From the human T2T-CHM13v2.0 reference genome, Homo sapiens, in NCBI RefSeq assembly GCF_009914755.1, contig NC_060947.1: 64,000 nucleotides of DNA. One strand, given 5' to 3'. This document shows, in pieces, positions 27,556 to 39,925 of the stretch. The notes beneath the pieces were generated by a model. The model saw only the letters and a list, made by a program, of their open reading frames with translations. It was not told the DNA's origin and ran no database searches. Within the stretch, counting starts at the first letter, position 1; each line of letters begins with the position of its first letter. Made by a program: the position numbers and the translations under genes.

Positions 27556-28254
27556 CGGAGAAACCTGAGCCACCGCCCCCTGCCCCTCCTTCCGGGCTTC
27601 CGTACGAGGGCCGCGCATGCGTCCGGAGCCCCGCCCAGAGCGCTCCTCGCTGGGAGGTCCCCATCCTTGTGTCCGCACGCGACCGGCGGAGGAGATGGCA
27701 GGGGGATGGAGGCTGGGAGTGAGCAGGGCCCCGAGGAAGGGGATGCTGACGGGCTGAAGGCCTGCAGGGAGGGAGCGCGCCGCCCGGGAGTCTGGCGGGC
27801 AGATCTTGGCAGACACCTGTCACCTTGGCCCGCGCTACCTTCTGGAGATTTTCCCCAGTGACGACTGAGCCCTGGGAGTAGTGACAATGAGTGAGACGTT
27901 GCATTTTTGGCGATGTCATCCCAGGCTTCACCTGTCACATCTGTCAACGACTCCAAAGTTTGGGTCCCAACTTCCCTTCCAATTCCCAAGCCAGCGTGTC
28001 CAGATATGCTGGCTATTCCCTACTCAAGTTACCTAGCACCAAAGTCACTTCCCGTGCCAACCGCCTTCCCCTCCTGGGTTCCCTTTTTCCCTTAGCAGCA
28101 GGCCTATTCGTACGCAGGGGGGTATTCAAGCAGGAGACGTGGAAATCATCCTCATTTTTCTAACCCAGTTCAGAGCCTCCTTGGATCCTGTCTAAACTTT
28201 GTGGTCACTTCACACCTGACCTCTGCCTCCACTCCAGGCTGCCCTACTTACAAG

Positions 28255-28425
28255 TACCAGGTTCATCTTCCTTGGGCAAGTCAACATCTTTGAGTCTCAG
28301 TTTTTCTCCTCCGCAGAATGGAAATGATAAAAACCTCTTTTCTAAGCGTGTTAGGAAGATTCAGTGAGATCGTGTGCATAACACACTGCCTGGTACATGC
28401 TAGGTGTACAAAGAATGCTGTTGCT
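28255..28425 (+). mobile_element. MIR SINE
   Basis: ccttgggcaagtcaacatctttgagtctcagtttttctcc...gaatggaaatgataa core. Confidence 0.6.
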
Positions 28426-29869
28426 ATCTGGTACTCTTTCAGGTGTCAACCTCCTCAAGGATTTTGTTTGCTTTTGGAATCCAAGAGCAGGACAAGCTCA
28501 TAGCAGGTGACCTAGTTTACCATCTTCACTTTGGGCAGATTTAAGTTTTCATGAGCACAACAATGCCTTAAACATTAGTCTACTATCATTATGGATAATA
28601 GTCATCCTTTGTTGCAATAGCAGAGTTTCACAAATGACAATTTTATACTGTTTAGCCCCAAGGGCAGCTTGAGAGAATCACAATTGCGATAGTCATACTT
28701 AGTCTTGATGTATCACCTTTCTTCTGAGAACGTAAAAACATATCATAAGTGGTAATTAAGCTTCCCAACACCCACTGGGAAATGGATATTATTATATGAG
28801 CTGATTTTAAGGTTGAGTAATCCAAATCAAGTTTTCATCTGCTGAAGCACCAGGACCCTGTCCCAGACTTTTTCACCCATCTTCCTTTCCCATCCTCTAG
28901 GTAAAGTCCAATGTGTAGCCCAGAGGAGGTTCTCAATGAACACTCAAATACAGACGAGGAATTAAGGCGCAGAGAAGCTTGTATAACAGGCCCTGAGCGA
29001 GCCAGCAAGTAAGGGTGAAGGAGCACAGATGAAACTCAGGGTCTAGCTGAACCTGCAGCCCATACTGTTAGAAAGAGGTGCTTGCCAGTGGTCAGATTGG
29101 ACAGCACCATCTTCATTACCAGTGACCGTGCCCCAAGCAGGCATGAGAAGATGGTCTGCCAGTTCAGACACTTGAATAACAGGCATCACTGCCCTTTCAA
29201 GAGCTTCATAGATAGAGACCAGGCAGGCTCCTCAGAGTCCAGAATCTTGAGGGCAGACGCTACTTTAATGAGATCCCAGGGAGTCTGGGAGCTGAACCAC
29301 TGCTCTGCAGGCCCACAAGTTCAATTTTAGCAGTTCTTCCAGAGTTGACCAGGCCCTGGAAGCTATCTAGCAAAGGCAACAGGGCACTGATGCACAAATT
29401 ACTTGTCAGTGTGTTCTTTTGCTCTGACAAGGTAAATTGCCAAGAGGAACATATGAACCTGTCTGTGAGGAAATACAGGAAGAACTGGACTTTCCCAAGG
29501 CTTCACATCCCCAGTCTTCAAGAGGTGGATTACCTGGACTGATTCTGGAAGCCCAACCCTGTATGCTACTGGTGCTCTCATGGGGAAAAAAAAGCCAGAA
29601 ACCAGATGGCCATCTGGTCCTCTCTCCAGCAAGTGCAAAAGACCCTACTGACAACCTGCTGCTCACTTCAGAGCCCTCACTCAGTGTCCCACCCTAGATG
29701 GAGGTCCAAAGCCTCAATGACCTGTGTAGACAGACCCACAAGTGATCCTGACATTAAAGAAAGACCCTGGGTCATATGCAGGCACCAGGAGTGTTGGGAA
29801 GCTTAATTACCACTTATTAAATGTTTCTACATTCTCAGAAGAAAGGTGATACATCAAGGCTAAGTATGA

Positions 29870-29906
29870 CTAGTGGAGAAGATGACACCCACATCTTCTC
29901 CACTAG
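29870..29906. repeat. Perfect inverted repeat, 15-bp arms, 7-nt loop
   Basis: CTAGTGGAGAAGATG-ACACCCA-CATCTTCTCCACTAG. Confidence 0.9.
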
Positions 29907-32399
29907 CAGAGTTTGACTTTATCTTTTCCTTGACTTGCCAAAAAATTCCAGGGCTATCTTGCTAGGGGCTCCCAACATTCTTCACTCAAAGGAAAGAAAT
30001 GGCTCTGGATTGAAAAAGTATGACCCCCAAATAAGCCAGACAGCATATTCTTGTGACTTTGGGGTGGGCTTAGGTTACAGTGTTCCAGAAGAATCAGTGT
30101 ATATCTGACCATGGTTTTAAGGACTAACTTGGATTTGTACCACCCTTCTGATAAGCTGGTGGCTTGTCCAATTCAATATTCACATTGGCTTCAATGTGGT
30201 GATATAGGATGCCTCTCCTCTGAAGAGCAAGGCACTGGTGAAGAGAATCCTGGTGAATTTAGACACTTGGACTGGGGAGACCTGGCATAGGGGAAGAAAA
30301 TGGCCGTGGAACCGCCCTCCACACACCACCAAGGCTCCTTCCCTGGCTGCAGCAGTAGAATGGAGAGAGTGTGGAATTAGTAGATTTGAACTCAACACCA
30401 GTTTCACCCTTGCTCCAGTGGAGGGAGGGCCAGCTGGGATCCAGTCCCGTGCAAGGCCTATGGGACTATAAAGAGCTTCTCGGAGGTCAGATTGACAAGT
30501 TCTTTAGCCAGGAAACATGGAGGTGCCAGCCTGCAAGGCTTTCTTAGCCTGGAATTCCTCACCCTAGGTTCCCTAAAGTCCACACTTTGAATGCCACCAA
30601 TTAGAGAATTGCTGAAGATGCTGGGAATTAGTCCACCTGCAGAATGCAATCTCCTGCTTCCTGACAGAACCCTTTGTTTCAGGCAACTTTAGCCTAACTT
30701 GGATACACATCTGAGATCTCCCTGGGAGGTGGGTGGGTCTGGAGTCTAGACAGGGATTTGATTAAATACGGGGCTAGATTTAGGGGCTTGGAGAACTGGA
30801 GGAGGAGATTGCAGGGAGGCAACTGAAGGGACCACAGAGGTAGTAGCTGTAGTTCTGCTTGGACTTGCAGCAACCCCTATGGCCTTCCAGAGCCCAGAAG
30901 GAGCCACCTCCTCAGGGAGTCTTCCCTCAGGTAAGCAAATTACAGTTACTGAGAGAGAAGAGGGAGGGAGGACAGTCCCAAGGCCCCAGTGGACCTCCTG
31001 TCACCCAGGGTAGCCCTGGGAGTGGGTGGTTTATCATCCCTCATGGAGCAAGCTTTCTGCTAAAGGAAGCAGGGGCCATTTCCTGTTGGAAGGCAGAATG
31101 GGGAGCCTTTGCCTGGGCCAGCAAACCACCACGGTATCCCTGTGCTTCTCCTCTGGACCTCTCCTGATGCCAGGGTTTCCAGGAAGCCTTCCCGGCTGTG
31201 CCACACTCCTCCAGTGTGCTGTGTATGCAAAGCCCAGGTCAAGTGTGTGTGGCCAAGCACACGGGGCAGACAAAAAGGCCCATGCTTGCCAAAGGTCACC
31301 AACCAGCTGCCCACATGATTCCTTTTTCTCCTTGTTCCCAACCTGCTCTCATTCCTGAATCTCCACTCAATGCTTGTCTTTCTCCCTTTCTGTTTCCACA
31401 CTGTATTTCTGACACATTCCTCTGGGGCCCTCTGCCCTAACTAATCAAATGTGCTCTTCCTCATCTTGCCTTCCCCTAATGGATCCTTTCATCTTGGGTA
31501 GCCTGTAACCTTCACTCCTTTAGTTGCATTCATCTGACATATGTCTTCCAGAGTGTCTGCTTTGTGCTGGGCACTGTGGAAGGCACTGGGAACACACAGA
31601 TATGAATAATGAAAACACAGCATTGTGCACGATAAGCATTGGGGATGAGGGAACCGCTGAGCTGAAAAAATAACATTGTAAGGTAGGAAGAGAGGAAATG
31701 AGGTTCCAGGCAGAGTAAACAACAGTTGTAAAAACACAGAAGTCAGTGAATGGAGGCAGGTGCACCATTTTGGAGAACAATATTGTCTGCAACCATCCTC
31801 CCTTCCCTTCCCACCACCCCACTCTGCCTACAGGCAGCTGTGCGTGTGCTCTCAGCTCTCTGTGCTTGGAGGAGTCAGTTTTGGAGTCCCATGATGCTTC
31901 CCACTATGCCCCTGTATTCTTGGATCCTGGCATGCAGTAGGTGCTCAGGCAATGGTCATGAAATGAATGCTGATGTTGGACAGTCACAGGGCACAAACAA
32001 AAAAGCAGTTCTTCCTCATCCCTTGCCTCAAACCAGGCAACTTGTGTCTGCAGGAAAAATGACCCTTTCTTTCCAAGTTTCTAATAGCTGCAGACATTAT
32101 GTGGGTACCCACACTCCCACTTTCCTACAAATCATTGACATGTTGAGGTTTTTTGTGTCTTATTATAAAACAACTTATACCATGCTTGTACAGTTCTAAG
32201 ATGTGAGATGAACCATCTATTTAATAACAGATTTTCAAGGGTAAAACCCTGCATGAATCAATGTACTTATGCATCTTAAGATCTGTACTCTTTCAGAAAT
32301 ATTACCATGTACAGGAGAAGGTGCATCTTAGATGTTCAGCAGTAATTGCTCCTTTTTATTCATCATAAGAAGGCCTACTTTGGGCCATCTTATAATCGT

Positions 32400-32857
32400 C
32401 GTTATGAGTTGAATTGTACCCTCCAAAATATACCCTTCAATATGCTGAAGTCCTAATCCCCAATACCTGTGAAGGTGACCTCACTGGTAATAGGGACTTT
32501 GCAGCTGTAATAAAGTTAAAATGAGGTCATTGGAGTGAGCCCTTAATCCAATATGACTAATGTCCTTGTAAGAAAAGAGAAAATGAAACACAGACCCAGA
32601 GAGAAGACAGCCATGTGAAACTGAAGGCAGAGACTGGAGTGATGCTGCCACAAGCCAAGGAACACCTGGGGCTACCAGAAGCTGGAATAGGCAAGGAAAG
32701 ATCTTCGCCTAGAGCCTTCAGAGGGAGCACAACCCTGCCAACACCTTGATATTAGGCACTGAACCTCCAGAACTGAGAGAGAATTAATTGGTACTGTTTT
32801 ATACCGCACACTTTGTGGTATAACACTTCGGTATGGCAGTCCCAGGAAACTAGCGCA
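32400..32857 (+). mobile_element. MLT1B/C-like MaLR LTR
   Basis: gttatgagttgaattgtaccctcc...gctaccagaagctgga...ggcagtcccaggaaactag. Confidence 0.75.
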
Positions 32858-32882
32858 ATCTTACACCAATGCTCCGAAGTTG

Positions 32883-33262
32883 TGCTATGTTTTGGTTTGG
32901 CTGTGTCCCCACCCAAATCTCATCTTGAATTGTAGTTCCCCATATCCCCACCTGTCATGGGAGGGACCTAGTGAGAGTTAATTGGATCATGGGGGCAGGT
33001 ACCGTCATGCTGTTCTTGGGATATTGAGTAAATTCTCACAAGATCTGATGGTTTTATAAGAGGCCTTTTCCCTTTTTGCTCAGCTTTTCTTCTTGCTGCT
33101 GCCATGTGAAGAAGGACATGTTTGCTTCCCCTTCTGCCATGATTATAAGTTTCCTGAGGCCTCCCCAGCCCTGCAGAACTGTGAGTCAATTAAACCTCTT
33201 TTCTTTATAAATTACCCAGTCTCCGGTATTTCTTCATATCAGCATGAGAATGGACTAATACA
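32883..33262 (+). mobile_element. THE1-family LTR
   Basis: ggtttggctgtgtccccacccaaatctcatcttgaattgtag ... gactaataca. Confidence 0.88.
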
Positions 33263-33348
33263 CCCCGTTTTTCAGATGAGGAAACTGGCAGATCACTAGG
33301 GGTCAAGCATAGAAAAGGTGCAGCCAGAAGAACTAATCTTTTATAGTC

Positions 33349-33799
33349 TGTATGAGTCAGGGTTCTCTAGAGGGACAGAACTAATAGGATAGATATATGT
33401 ATATATATTTAAAGATGAGTTTAAGTATTAACTCACACAATCACAGGGTCCCACAATAGGCTGTCTGCAAGCTGAGGAGCAAGGAGACCCCATTGAAGCT
33501 CCAAAACTGAAGCACTTGGAGACCGATGTTCAAGGGCAGGAAGCATCCAGCACAAGAGAAAGATGTAGGCTGGGAGGCTATGCCAGTCTAGTCTTTTCAC
33601 GTTTTTCTGCCTGGTTTATATTCTAGCCATGCTGGTAGCTGATTAGATGGTTCTCACCCAGATTAAGGGTGGGTCTGCCTTTCCTAGCCCACTGACTCAA
33701 ATGTTAATCTCCTTTGGCAACACCTTCACAGACACACCCAGGATCAATACTTTGCATCCTTCAATTCAATCAAGTTGACACTCAGTATTAACCATCACA
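33349..33799 (-). mobile_element. MLT2A (HERV-L) solo LTR
   Basis: tgtatgagtcagggttctctagagggacagaactaatagga ... gtattaaccatcaca; 5-bp flanks TAGTC/GAGTC. Confidence 0.85.
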
Positions 33800-34011
33800 G
33801 AGTCTTACCCAAACCACTCGGAGGTGGCTTCCAGTTCATTATGGGGGCATAAGTGTGTCCTCAGAGACATAATTCCTCTTCTGGCTGCTTTCTGGGAGGA
33901 AATGTAGAAAAGGAAATTGGAAATATTATTGGCACAAGAGAGGTTTGCAGTTGACAAGTAGGTAAACCCAGGCTGATTCAAACCTTGAAAATGATTGTGT
34001 GAGCAACGATA

Positions 34012-34755
34012 GTTTTTTTAAAAATATCAATAGTTTTAGGGGTATAGTTGGTTTTTGATTACATGGATAAATTCTTTAGAGGTGATTTCTGAGATTTTGG
34101 TGCATCACCTGAGCAGGGTATGTTGTACCCAATATGTAGTCTTTCATCCCTCACCCCTGCCCACCCTTCCCCCTGAGTGCCCAAAGTCCATTACATCATT
34201 CTTATGCCTTTGCATCCTCTTAGCTTAGATCTCACTTATAAGTGAGAACATACGATGTTTGGTTTTCCATTCATGTTACTTCATTTAGAATAACGGCCTC
34301 GAGCTCCATCCAAGTTGCTGCAAGGGCCATTATTTCATTCTGCTTTATGGCTGAGTAGTATTTCATGGTGTATATCTACCACATTTTCTTTATTCACTTG
34401 TTGGTTGGCGGACATTTAGGTTGGATCCATATTTTTGCAACTGTGTATTGTGCTGTTATAAACATGCGTGTGCATGTGTCTTTTTCATATAATGACTTCT
34501 TTTCCTCTGGGTAGATACCCAGTAGTGGGTTTGTTGGATCAAATGGTAGTTATACTTTTAGTTCTTTAAGGAATCTCCATACTGTTTTCTGTAGTTGTAC
34601 TAGTTTACATTCCCACCAGCAGTGTAAAAGTGTTCCCTTTTTACCACATTCATGCCAACATCTATTTTTTTTTATTTTTAAATTATGGCCATTCTTGCAG
34701 GAGTAAGGTGGTGTCTCATTGTGGTTTAAATTTGCATTTCCTAGACAATTAGTAA
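34012..34755 (-). mobile_element. L1PB/old L1PA 3' fragment
   Basis: ORF2 C-terminal remnant [14 protein letters not shown]...[11 protein letters not shown] plus 3' UTR. Confidence 0.85.
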
Positions 34756-35639
34756 GAATGTTTTTTAAATAATCATGTGGAGGGCCAACCTGCAAGTACA
34801 AGCTGTGACAGAGGTAATTTGGAATGTGGCTCCAGCATTCCTCAAAACCATGAACTTGGGAGGCCAGGAGAATGCAGTGTGGAACCTTTTCTTTGGCATT
34901 CAGGGTGTCCAGCCAGAGGACTCTCCCTCACAAAGCTTTGGGGTGTTGGGTTGAATGCAAGGAGGGTGGGCCTGGAAGATGTCTTGGAAGCCTTCTTCAG
35001 GGTCAACACCCACAGATCCATATATTGATCCTGGCCCCAGTTCAGTGACCCTGACTTTTGCCCCAGCCAGGGCTAGAACAAGTTATACCATATCTGCACA
35101 GTTCCGAGATGTGAGATGAACTACCCACAACAACAGATTTTCAGGAGAGGAAGAAATGTACCAATCAATGCCCATGTAGACTCTAAGACAAATATTGGTA
35201 CAGAAACATTAAAAACAATAAATGGAGGCATTTAAAACAAATATACATGGATAGGAAGATTCAGTATTGTCAAGATGTCAGTTTTTCCTAACTTGATCTA
35301 TATATTTAACAAAATCCCAATTAAAATCCAGCAATTTATTGTGTTGATGTCAACAAAGGGAAGGGCTGGCAAGAGCCAGGCAGGAGGTCAGCTCCTTGCC
35401 AAGGGGGCTGGAGTTCAGAGTAGGGGGTTAGCCATGGCTGGTGGAACAGGGAGGTTTCCCAGGGAAGTGAGACCATGTCTGTGAGGCCTCCCACCCGCCC
35501 CTCAGGGGGCAGGCTCAGGACATCTGGAAACCCTCAAGACCTATCCACGGATGGGCACAGGGAGGCTCCTATCTGCTCCGCCCTGACATGGTCAAGATTG
35601 GCTCTGTCCTGTGTGATGTGTGCCCACACTAGAGGCTGC

Positions 35640-36790
35640 TGTGGAGGATGCTGGACCCTGTAAATGCCTCCAGGGGAGGCTGTGGGGGTGTGTGGAACAT
35701 CCTAGCTGCTCCAGCCCTGCAGTCCTTAGGAAACACAGGGTGAGCACTCTCCACACACCTTGGCTCTAAGAAGGGACATGCAGTATCCCTGTTTCCAGCA
35801 GTGTCCTTCCTTCCATTCTGGAGTGCCACACAGGCATCTGCGTCTGGCCATTCCCAGGAGTACCTGGCTCATAACATGGTCCAGCCTCATTCTGCTCCCA
35901 TGTCCCTCTCCCCACAGCCAGCCCAGGGCAGTACAGCTGGATTTGGCAGGTGCTCCTCCTCACTCATCTCCTGGGGTGGCTGTTCCTCAGCATGGACCCC
36001 AAAGCCCTCTCACACCAAGCTCCTTTCGAAATCCTAATGTGGGTCTAAGTGTATTCTGGGAACTGAGGAGTGTTGCGATGTTCACCGCCCCCACCATCTG
36101 CTACAGCCTTTAGTCTTCTTTAACTGCCTCTCTGGGCATACTGAGGCCCTAGCTGCCTCTGCTAGGACACCCCAGCCCCACCTCTCTGGATCAACCTCAG
36201 AAAGCAAAACCTCATTGTCGCCCATTTAAGGTAATCAGTTAATCAAAAGCCAGGCATTACATGGGGGATTATTTGAATAGTACCTCCTAATCATAGTAAT
36301 TTGTCACTCATCACACTGCAATGATTATTATTTACCAACCACTAGGAGACTCGCCAAAAACTTCATCATCTCCTGCCAGTTCTACCACAATATCTTGGAA
36401 GGGGATTCCTTACTGGGGAATTTCAAATGATGATATTTGCGTGTTAACATAATCATCAGATCCTGTCTTGGGCCCAGTGGTTGTTAGTAGAGATAAGAAC
36501 GGTAAAGCTGTAAACAGGGCCAACTGAGGCCAAGTATTGGGGACTATGGGCAAATTTGGGCACAGCAACGAGAGAAGGAAACCCCTGGTCTCAACTGAGA
36601 TTTTGGCTATTTTGGCCACTGCCTTCCACCCATACTGAGGAGGACAACACCACTTTCGGAAGCCTGAAGGTTGCAGGTCACATGAAAAACTTCCTGTAGT
36701 CAGCATCCTATGGGGTGATTCCTACCCAGGGCCTTAAATGCACAGAATCTGGTTTCTCACATCTAAAGGAGCAAATGTGTATGACAACTC
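35640..36790 (+). repeat. Left arm of ~1.2-kb diverged inverted duplication (partner 54515-55740)
   Basis: Collinear reverse-complement matches along the length, e.g. shared translation LLPCPSPHS.PRAVQLDLAGA. Confidence 0.85.
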
Positions 36791-37055
36791 CTAGGTGTAG
36801 AGTGATCTGTGTTCTGTGTTGTTATGGTTTGAGAATTAATGTATTGCTTCTGCAGCACCTTCAATAGAAATGACTGTGACAAAATAATGTGTCTGCTTCT
36901 ATTTCAGTGGCAAAGAGTAATCACATGACCCTTCCTAACTTCAAAAGGACTGTGATGTTCCCCTGTGTTCAGGAAGGAAAGGAGGACAAGACATAGATGA
37001 GCACTTGTAGTATCTCCCATAAACTGTTTTGCAGATGTCCAACATAAAGCAACTA

Positions 37056-38727
37056 CAATTAATCCTTGAACAACATGGGAGTTAGGGGCACTGACCCTCC
37101 ATGCAGTCAAAAATCCACCTATAACTTTTGCCTCCCCCAAAACTTAACTAATAAGCTATTGTCGACTGGAAGCCTTATTGATGATGTAAACAGTTGATTA
37201 ACAGATATTTTTGTGTATTATGTGTATAATATGCTGTATTCTAACAATAAACTATAAAAAAAATTAAGAAAATCATAAGGAGGAGAAAATATATTTACTA
37301 TTCATTAAGTGGAAGTAAATCATCATGAAGATATGCGTCATTATCATCTTCACATTGAGTAGGCTGAGGAAAAGGAAGAGGAGGGGTTAGTCTTGCTGTC
37401 TCAGGGCTGGCAGAGGAGGAAGAGGTAGGAGGGGAAGCAGGAGAGGCAGGCATACTCAGTGTAATTGAATGAAAATACGTTGTAATTTTCTTTTTCTTAT
37501 ATCTAAAAGTTTCTATATGGTACCAATCCTTCTTCCACTGTTTGTTTTAGTTTCAGTGCCCACATCATAGAAGGGTCCATGTCGTAAAAGGAGTCAAAAG
37601 CAGTCTTAAAAAATTGGAACCCTTCTGCCAGATTGTCTAGTGTTAGTTTTTTTTCCTGGCACCGTTTCTTATACATCTTTTTCCTCATGATCTGTCACTG
37701 GTTTGGAAACACTCATCTCCATCAAGTCACCTTCTGTTATTTCCTCTGGCATGGTGTCTATTAGCTCTTGAATTTTTTCAAGATTCATATCTTGAAATCT
37801 TTTACATTCCATCTTTTGGACCATATCCACAACCTCTTTCATTGTTTCCTTATTTGTCTCTGTCGTAAATCCTGTGAAGTCATGCACAACATCTGGACAT
37901 AATTTTCTCCAGCAGAAATTTATTGTTTAAAGTTTGATGGCTTTCACAGATTTTCTATAACAATAATGGCACCTTCAATGGTAAAATCCTTCCAGACTTT
38001 CATAATTTTCTCTCTATGGGGTTTCTCTTCCATAGCGTTGACAATCCTTTCCATAGAGTACCATGTGTAGTGAGCCTTAGAAGTCCTTATCCTGATTTAG
38101 AGGCTGAATTAGAGACCTTGTGTTTGGGGATAACTTCGATCATTTCAGCACCCTCAATGTTGAACTCATTGGGTTCTGGGTGGCCAGGGACATTGTCTAA
38201 TAGCAAAAGAACTTTAAAAGGCAGTCACTTACTGCCAAGGTACCTCCTGTCTCCAGGGACAAAGCATCGATAGAACCAATCCAGAATAAGTGTTCTAATT
38301 GTCCAGGCTTTCTTGTTGTACAACCCAAAGACTAGAAGCTGATATTTTATCTTTCCCTTTCAAGGTTTGAGGGTTAGCAGCTTTATAGATAAGGACAGTC
38401 CTGATCACAAACTTGACTGCATTTGCATAAAACAATAGAGTTAGCCTATTGCTTTGTGCCTTAAATCCTGGTGCTTCCTTCTCTTCCTCACTAATTAATG
38501 TCCTTTGTGGCATTTTTCCCCCGGAGTAGGGTATTTTCATCTGCATTAAAAACCTGTACAGGCAGATATGTTTTCTTCTCAATAATTTTCTTAATGACGT
38601 CTGGGAACTTGTCTGCTACCTCTTGGTTAGTAGAAGCTGCTTTTCCTGTTATCTTGACATTTTTCAAGCCAAATCTCTTTCTAAGATTATCAAACCACTG
38701 CCTCTATCCCAGTGGGTATATATATAT

Positions 38728-38761
<34 letters not shown>

Positions 38762-39925
38762 GTGCTTTGCCCAAACTTGCCCATACTCCCCAATATCTGG
38801 CCTCAGTTGGCCCAGTTTATATATAATGTGTATACATATATATATTTCATTTTATTATGTATATATTTAAATATATATGTATATACATAATAAAATTATT
38901 GAACCATCCTTTGCTGGCATTATATTCTCCAGCTTTATATTCTACACGGATCTTTTGCGTTAAGTTATCATATAATAACTTGGATTTTTCTGGATTCATA
39001 TTAGAATCTATAGGTATGCCTTTCTTGTGGCAATTCTGCACCACATAAAGGCTGCATTTGCCATATGGGATAAAAAGGTGTTTCACAAAATGTGCAAGGT
39101 TTTCACACCTGCTGATGTAGTTGCAGAAACAGCTTCATGAATTTCTTTTTCTTTTTCTTTTTTCTTTTGTTTTTACAATGGTTCTTATGCAGATTTCATT
39201 AATCTTGAAACAGTGGGCAACTACAGCTGCAAATCCAATCTACGGTACATGTTAAGCAATTCAACTTTTCTTATAATGTTATTTCTTTTCTCTGCTTCTT
39301 GGCAGGAATTCCAGCATCACTAGTGGCACATTGTATAGATCCAATGGTGTTATTCAAGTTTTAAAGTATTGGACTAAACATGATGGAAAATACGTGAGAA
39401 CCATGAGAGATCACTTTTTACTGCTATACGCAATTTACTGGAGAGACAAACTCCTCACATGGAGATAATTAGCGTCCCATGGCTTTTCAAGCAGATAGAA
39501 GAACACTTGAGCTTACTGCAATAGCAACAGGAGGTGGCTATGAAATTATTACAGTAGCACAGCTTATGCTACAGTTAATTTTATGCAGTTATGATTTAAT
39601 ACTACATCTCAACATTTGTTTACATTTATCTTGACTGTGAATAATACCATGTACGGTCTGTAACTTTTTGTGTACATAAATTTTGATAAAACCTTTTACA
39701 ATAGACTTCATATATTTTATAGTACTAAATAACAAAATATCCTAGTATCCACATATATTTTATTCATTCATGACATAACTCTTTTTTTATATCTCTAGGC
39801 TATGCAGTTTGTGAGTTTTTTCAAATTGTTGCAAACTCCAAAAAAATTTCCAATATATTTATTTAAAAAGTCTGTGTATAAGTGAACCCACATAGTTCAA
39901 ACCCATGTTGTTCAAAGGTCAACTG
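37056..39925 (-). mobile_element. Near full-length Tigger2 (TcMar-Tigger) DNA transposon
   Basis: TIRs CAATTAATCCTTGAACAACATGGG / CCCATGTTGTTCAAAGGTCAACTG with TA flanks; pogo transposase remnants (EYNASKGWFNNF; MPQRTLISEEEKEAPGFKA...RLTLL). Confidence 0.88.

Larger units (their letters stand above)
26960..27840. promoter_or_regulatory. CpG island / TMEM185A promoter and exon 1, with NRF1-like (GCGCATGCGT 27613-27622) and ETS-like (CCGGAAG on minus, 27589-27595) motifs
   Basis: Sharp rise in GC and CpG density around the start codon; motifs read directly from sequence. Confidence 0.88.

Noticed and set aside
26707-27989. Multiple long Arg/Pro/Gly-rich ORFs on both strands
   Set aside because: Expected from stop-codon scarcity in a CpG island; only the spliced TMEM185A exon and the uORF frame have supporting features
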